Shown one piece after another: positions 62,070 through 64,000 of a stretch of 64,000 bases of DNA; positions within the stretch are counted from its first letter, which is position 1; every line of letters starts with the position of its first letter. Under the pieces are notes generated by a model. The model saw only the letters and a program-made list of their open reading frames with translations. It did no database searches and was not told the origin of the DNA. The stretch comes from Anthoceros angustus (Eukaryota; Plantae; Anthocerotophyta), in NCBI GenBank assembly GCA_010909165.1, contig VJWM01000007.1:496001-560000 (forward strand), given 5' to 3'. A program made the translations under genes and the position numbers.

Positions 62070-62685
62070 ACTTTGTGTAGCAAATCCTCCCTCTAGAGTT
62101 TGAGGAAGTAGATTTTAATCTTTGCTTGTATTGCCAGTATGGCTACACCTACATGTTTTTGTTCTCTCCGAACCTTTTAAGATTTGCCGTTTTCAATTTT
62201 CACAACCGTGGGTGTAACATTATAGCTTGTTCGTACTCCACAATGGCGCTGGCCGGTCGGCGCCATTGCTGGGTCCGTGAGGAAGTTTTCCTTATAAATT
62301 CATCCTTTCGCCGAACATTTGTACTAACGGAGGGTGTGTTTATTTTCAGAACAGGCGATTCCCGCAGTTTGAAGATGGTGCCTTTTCCGTCAAAGGGGTT
62401 TTTTTCCTATCGAAGGGGGTTTATATATTCCCCCTCTTCAAACTTTATGGTGTTGTTAGGGAAAGAAAAAATTATACTTTTTTAGTCATAAATCTCCTTT
62501 CAATATTCAACAGATACGACACTTTGCACAAGTAACAAATAGATTATTGATAATTTATTGAATTCCAACAAGATTGAGACATATTGCCATCTGAAATTCC
62601 CTAGCGAAAAGCCAACCCATTCTTTCTTTTAGACTAAAAATCTAAACATTACGTCCCTTAAGGGAAGAATTTCCTATAGCCGGGG

Positions 62686-63136
62686 TTGTGGGATGAGCCC
62701 CTCCCCGATTCTAGAGTACATTTGGATCTGGCTTGTTGTAACCATGGCGATCAATGTATTATCATCCATGACGCCATCCGCGGCGTCATGTCTGCAATGA
62801 CTCGCAAAAGTGATTACTTGGCTTGGAGCATTGGTACACTCTTCTCACGCGTCAGACAATTAGGGCTAACCTCTTTATCTCGTTTGTGACAACCAAATCT
62901 CCATGGTGGTCGTGGTGGTCATTGACCCTACACGAGACACCACGTTTCCTAATGTCATCACTACCTGCCTAGGTAGGGCGGCTAGGGCATTGGCCGAGGA
63001 CTTTGATAGATTTATGAAGTCACGGACTAAAGCCTGTCATACTTACAGACATGGTGTGGGGCTTCCTCTCTCGTACTTCATAACAATGGGTATTCATTGC
63101 TCTCCAACGGGCACTCACAGGAGCCATTCTCAATGA
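62686..63136 (+). mobile_element. 3' remnant (zinc knuckle + REL endonuclease) of a second CRE/R2-like element
   Basis: VHLDLACCNHGDQCIIIHDAIR and VVVIDPTRD...GRAA...AE. Confidence 0.7.
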
Positions 63137-63858
63137 CAATGACAATATGTGATGCCATCTCGACAACCTCTATTGTTTGTAGGCCTTTTAACCTGCCTAG
63201 TCATGATATTGTAAGATGCGGAGCGTAGTTGTTTCCTGTTACGCTGATCTTTTGGTTCTTTGAATTGGCCTTTTAAAGATAGATGAGATCACCCATCTCT
63301 TCTCCATTAATAAAAACCGTCTCTTGCTCTCTATAGAATTCTAATAACAACAATTTTGAGATCTATGATAAATGTATGCGGCGCTTTTTTGGCAGCTTCG
63401 GCAGCGGGTTACGTACCTAGTCCTTTCCGATCCATAATTATAAATTGTAATTGCTAAGCATCCTACGCTTCGATTGGTACTTAGATGGGGTGTTAGAGGG
63501 AGTGGATGGAATTTTTCTACCATGGAACTTGGTACTTGACAGCTTGTACCATGGTGTGCCTCCTTCTTCTTCTTCTATACAAGAAGCAAAAGATTTTCTA
63601 TCCATTGTTTATGAAATATAATTTTCATTTCAGAGTAACTTTGGGTTTTCCTTCACCATATTTTAGAACAATTGAAACTAGAAATCGAGTTTGTAATTCA
63701 TATTACATTTAGGATAGAGTCCAGTGCATACCCAATCCCAAGGGGCCAGGGACTCTGTATGATGTGGGACTTTTAATGCTGCCCTCCGATCGAGCGGATT
63801 TACTCTTGAGATTGGTATGACGATCATCTGCAGTTGGTCTGGTCATGTTGTTCGGCCT

Positions 63859-63903
63859 CCCTCATCTTAGCAGCCCTCATCTTAGCAGCCCTCATCTTAG
63901 CAG
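63859..63903. repeat. Three tandem 15-bp units CCCTCATCTTAGCAG
   Basis: Directly visible. Confidence 0.9.
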
Positions 63904-64000
63904 CCGGATATTGAATACAGAAACATGATTTCAATCCAATGTTGCTCTGAAGTTGTTATGAGCCCTGCTTAAGGGCTTCCAATTGGGTTGTGCTCCAGCT

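Larger units (their letters stand above)
56838..62454. mobile_element. TIR DNA transposon (5.6 kb, probably a deletion derivative) carrying a ParB-methyltransferase gene
   Basis: Imperfect ~30-bp TIRs AACACCATAA..TTTGAAG.GGG.AATATA at 56838-56867 and 62424-62454, flanked by a GTTA duplication at 56834-56837 and 62455-62458. Confidence 0.75.

Noticed and set aside
63720-64000. Possible GDFNA endonuclease motif near 63767
   Set aside because: Needs a frameshift and lacks other APE motifs; the window ends before it can be tested.

Overview
Nuclear DNA of a streptophyte with land-plant-type genes and flagellated cells; the taxon is inferred, not determined. Positions 1-32 kb are mostly transposon-derived. 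They hold a complete but rearranged Copia LTR element (TA...TA ends, an extra antisense gene, an internal inversion, a nested insert), a DUF506 gene, a CRE/R2-like non-LTR element and an APE-type LINE. Four microhomology-flanked tandem duplications here have noisy copies and may be assembly artefacts. Positions 32.8-56 kb are a dense block of short-intron genes: a sperm-tail PG-repeat gene largely missed by the ORF track, AIG2/GGCT, ETF-alpha, Iojap/RsfS, a PEPT1-like POT transporter, a CLC, a small conserved plant protein, CPR5, VIR3 and TFIIS. Positions 56.8-62.5 kb are a TIR-bounded element with a 4-bp TSD. It carries a transposase-like C-terminal fragment, a degenerate ParB + N4/N6 DNA methyltransferase fusion gene, and about 9 copies of a GC-rich hairpin motif. 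This element is the best candidate for an undescribed system. All calls come from reading the sequence by eye; exon boundaries are manual, and gene coordinates span introns.
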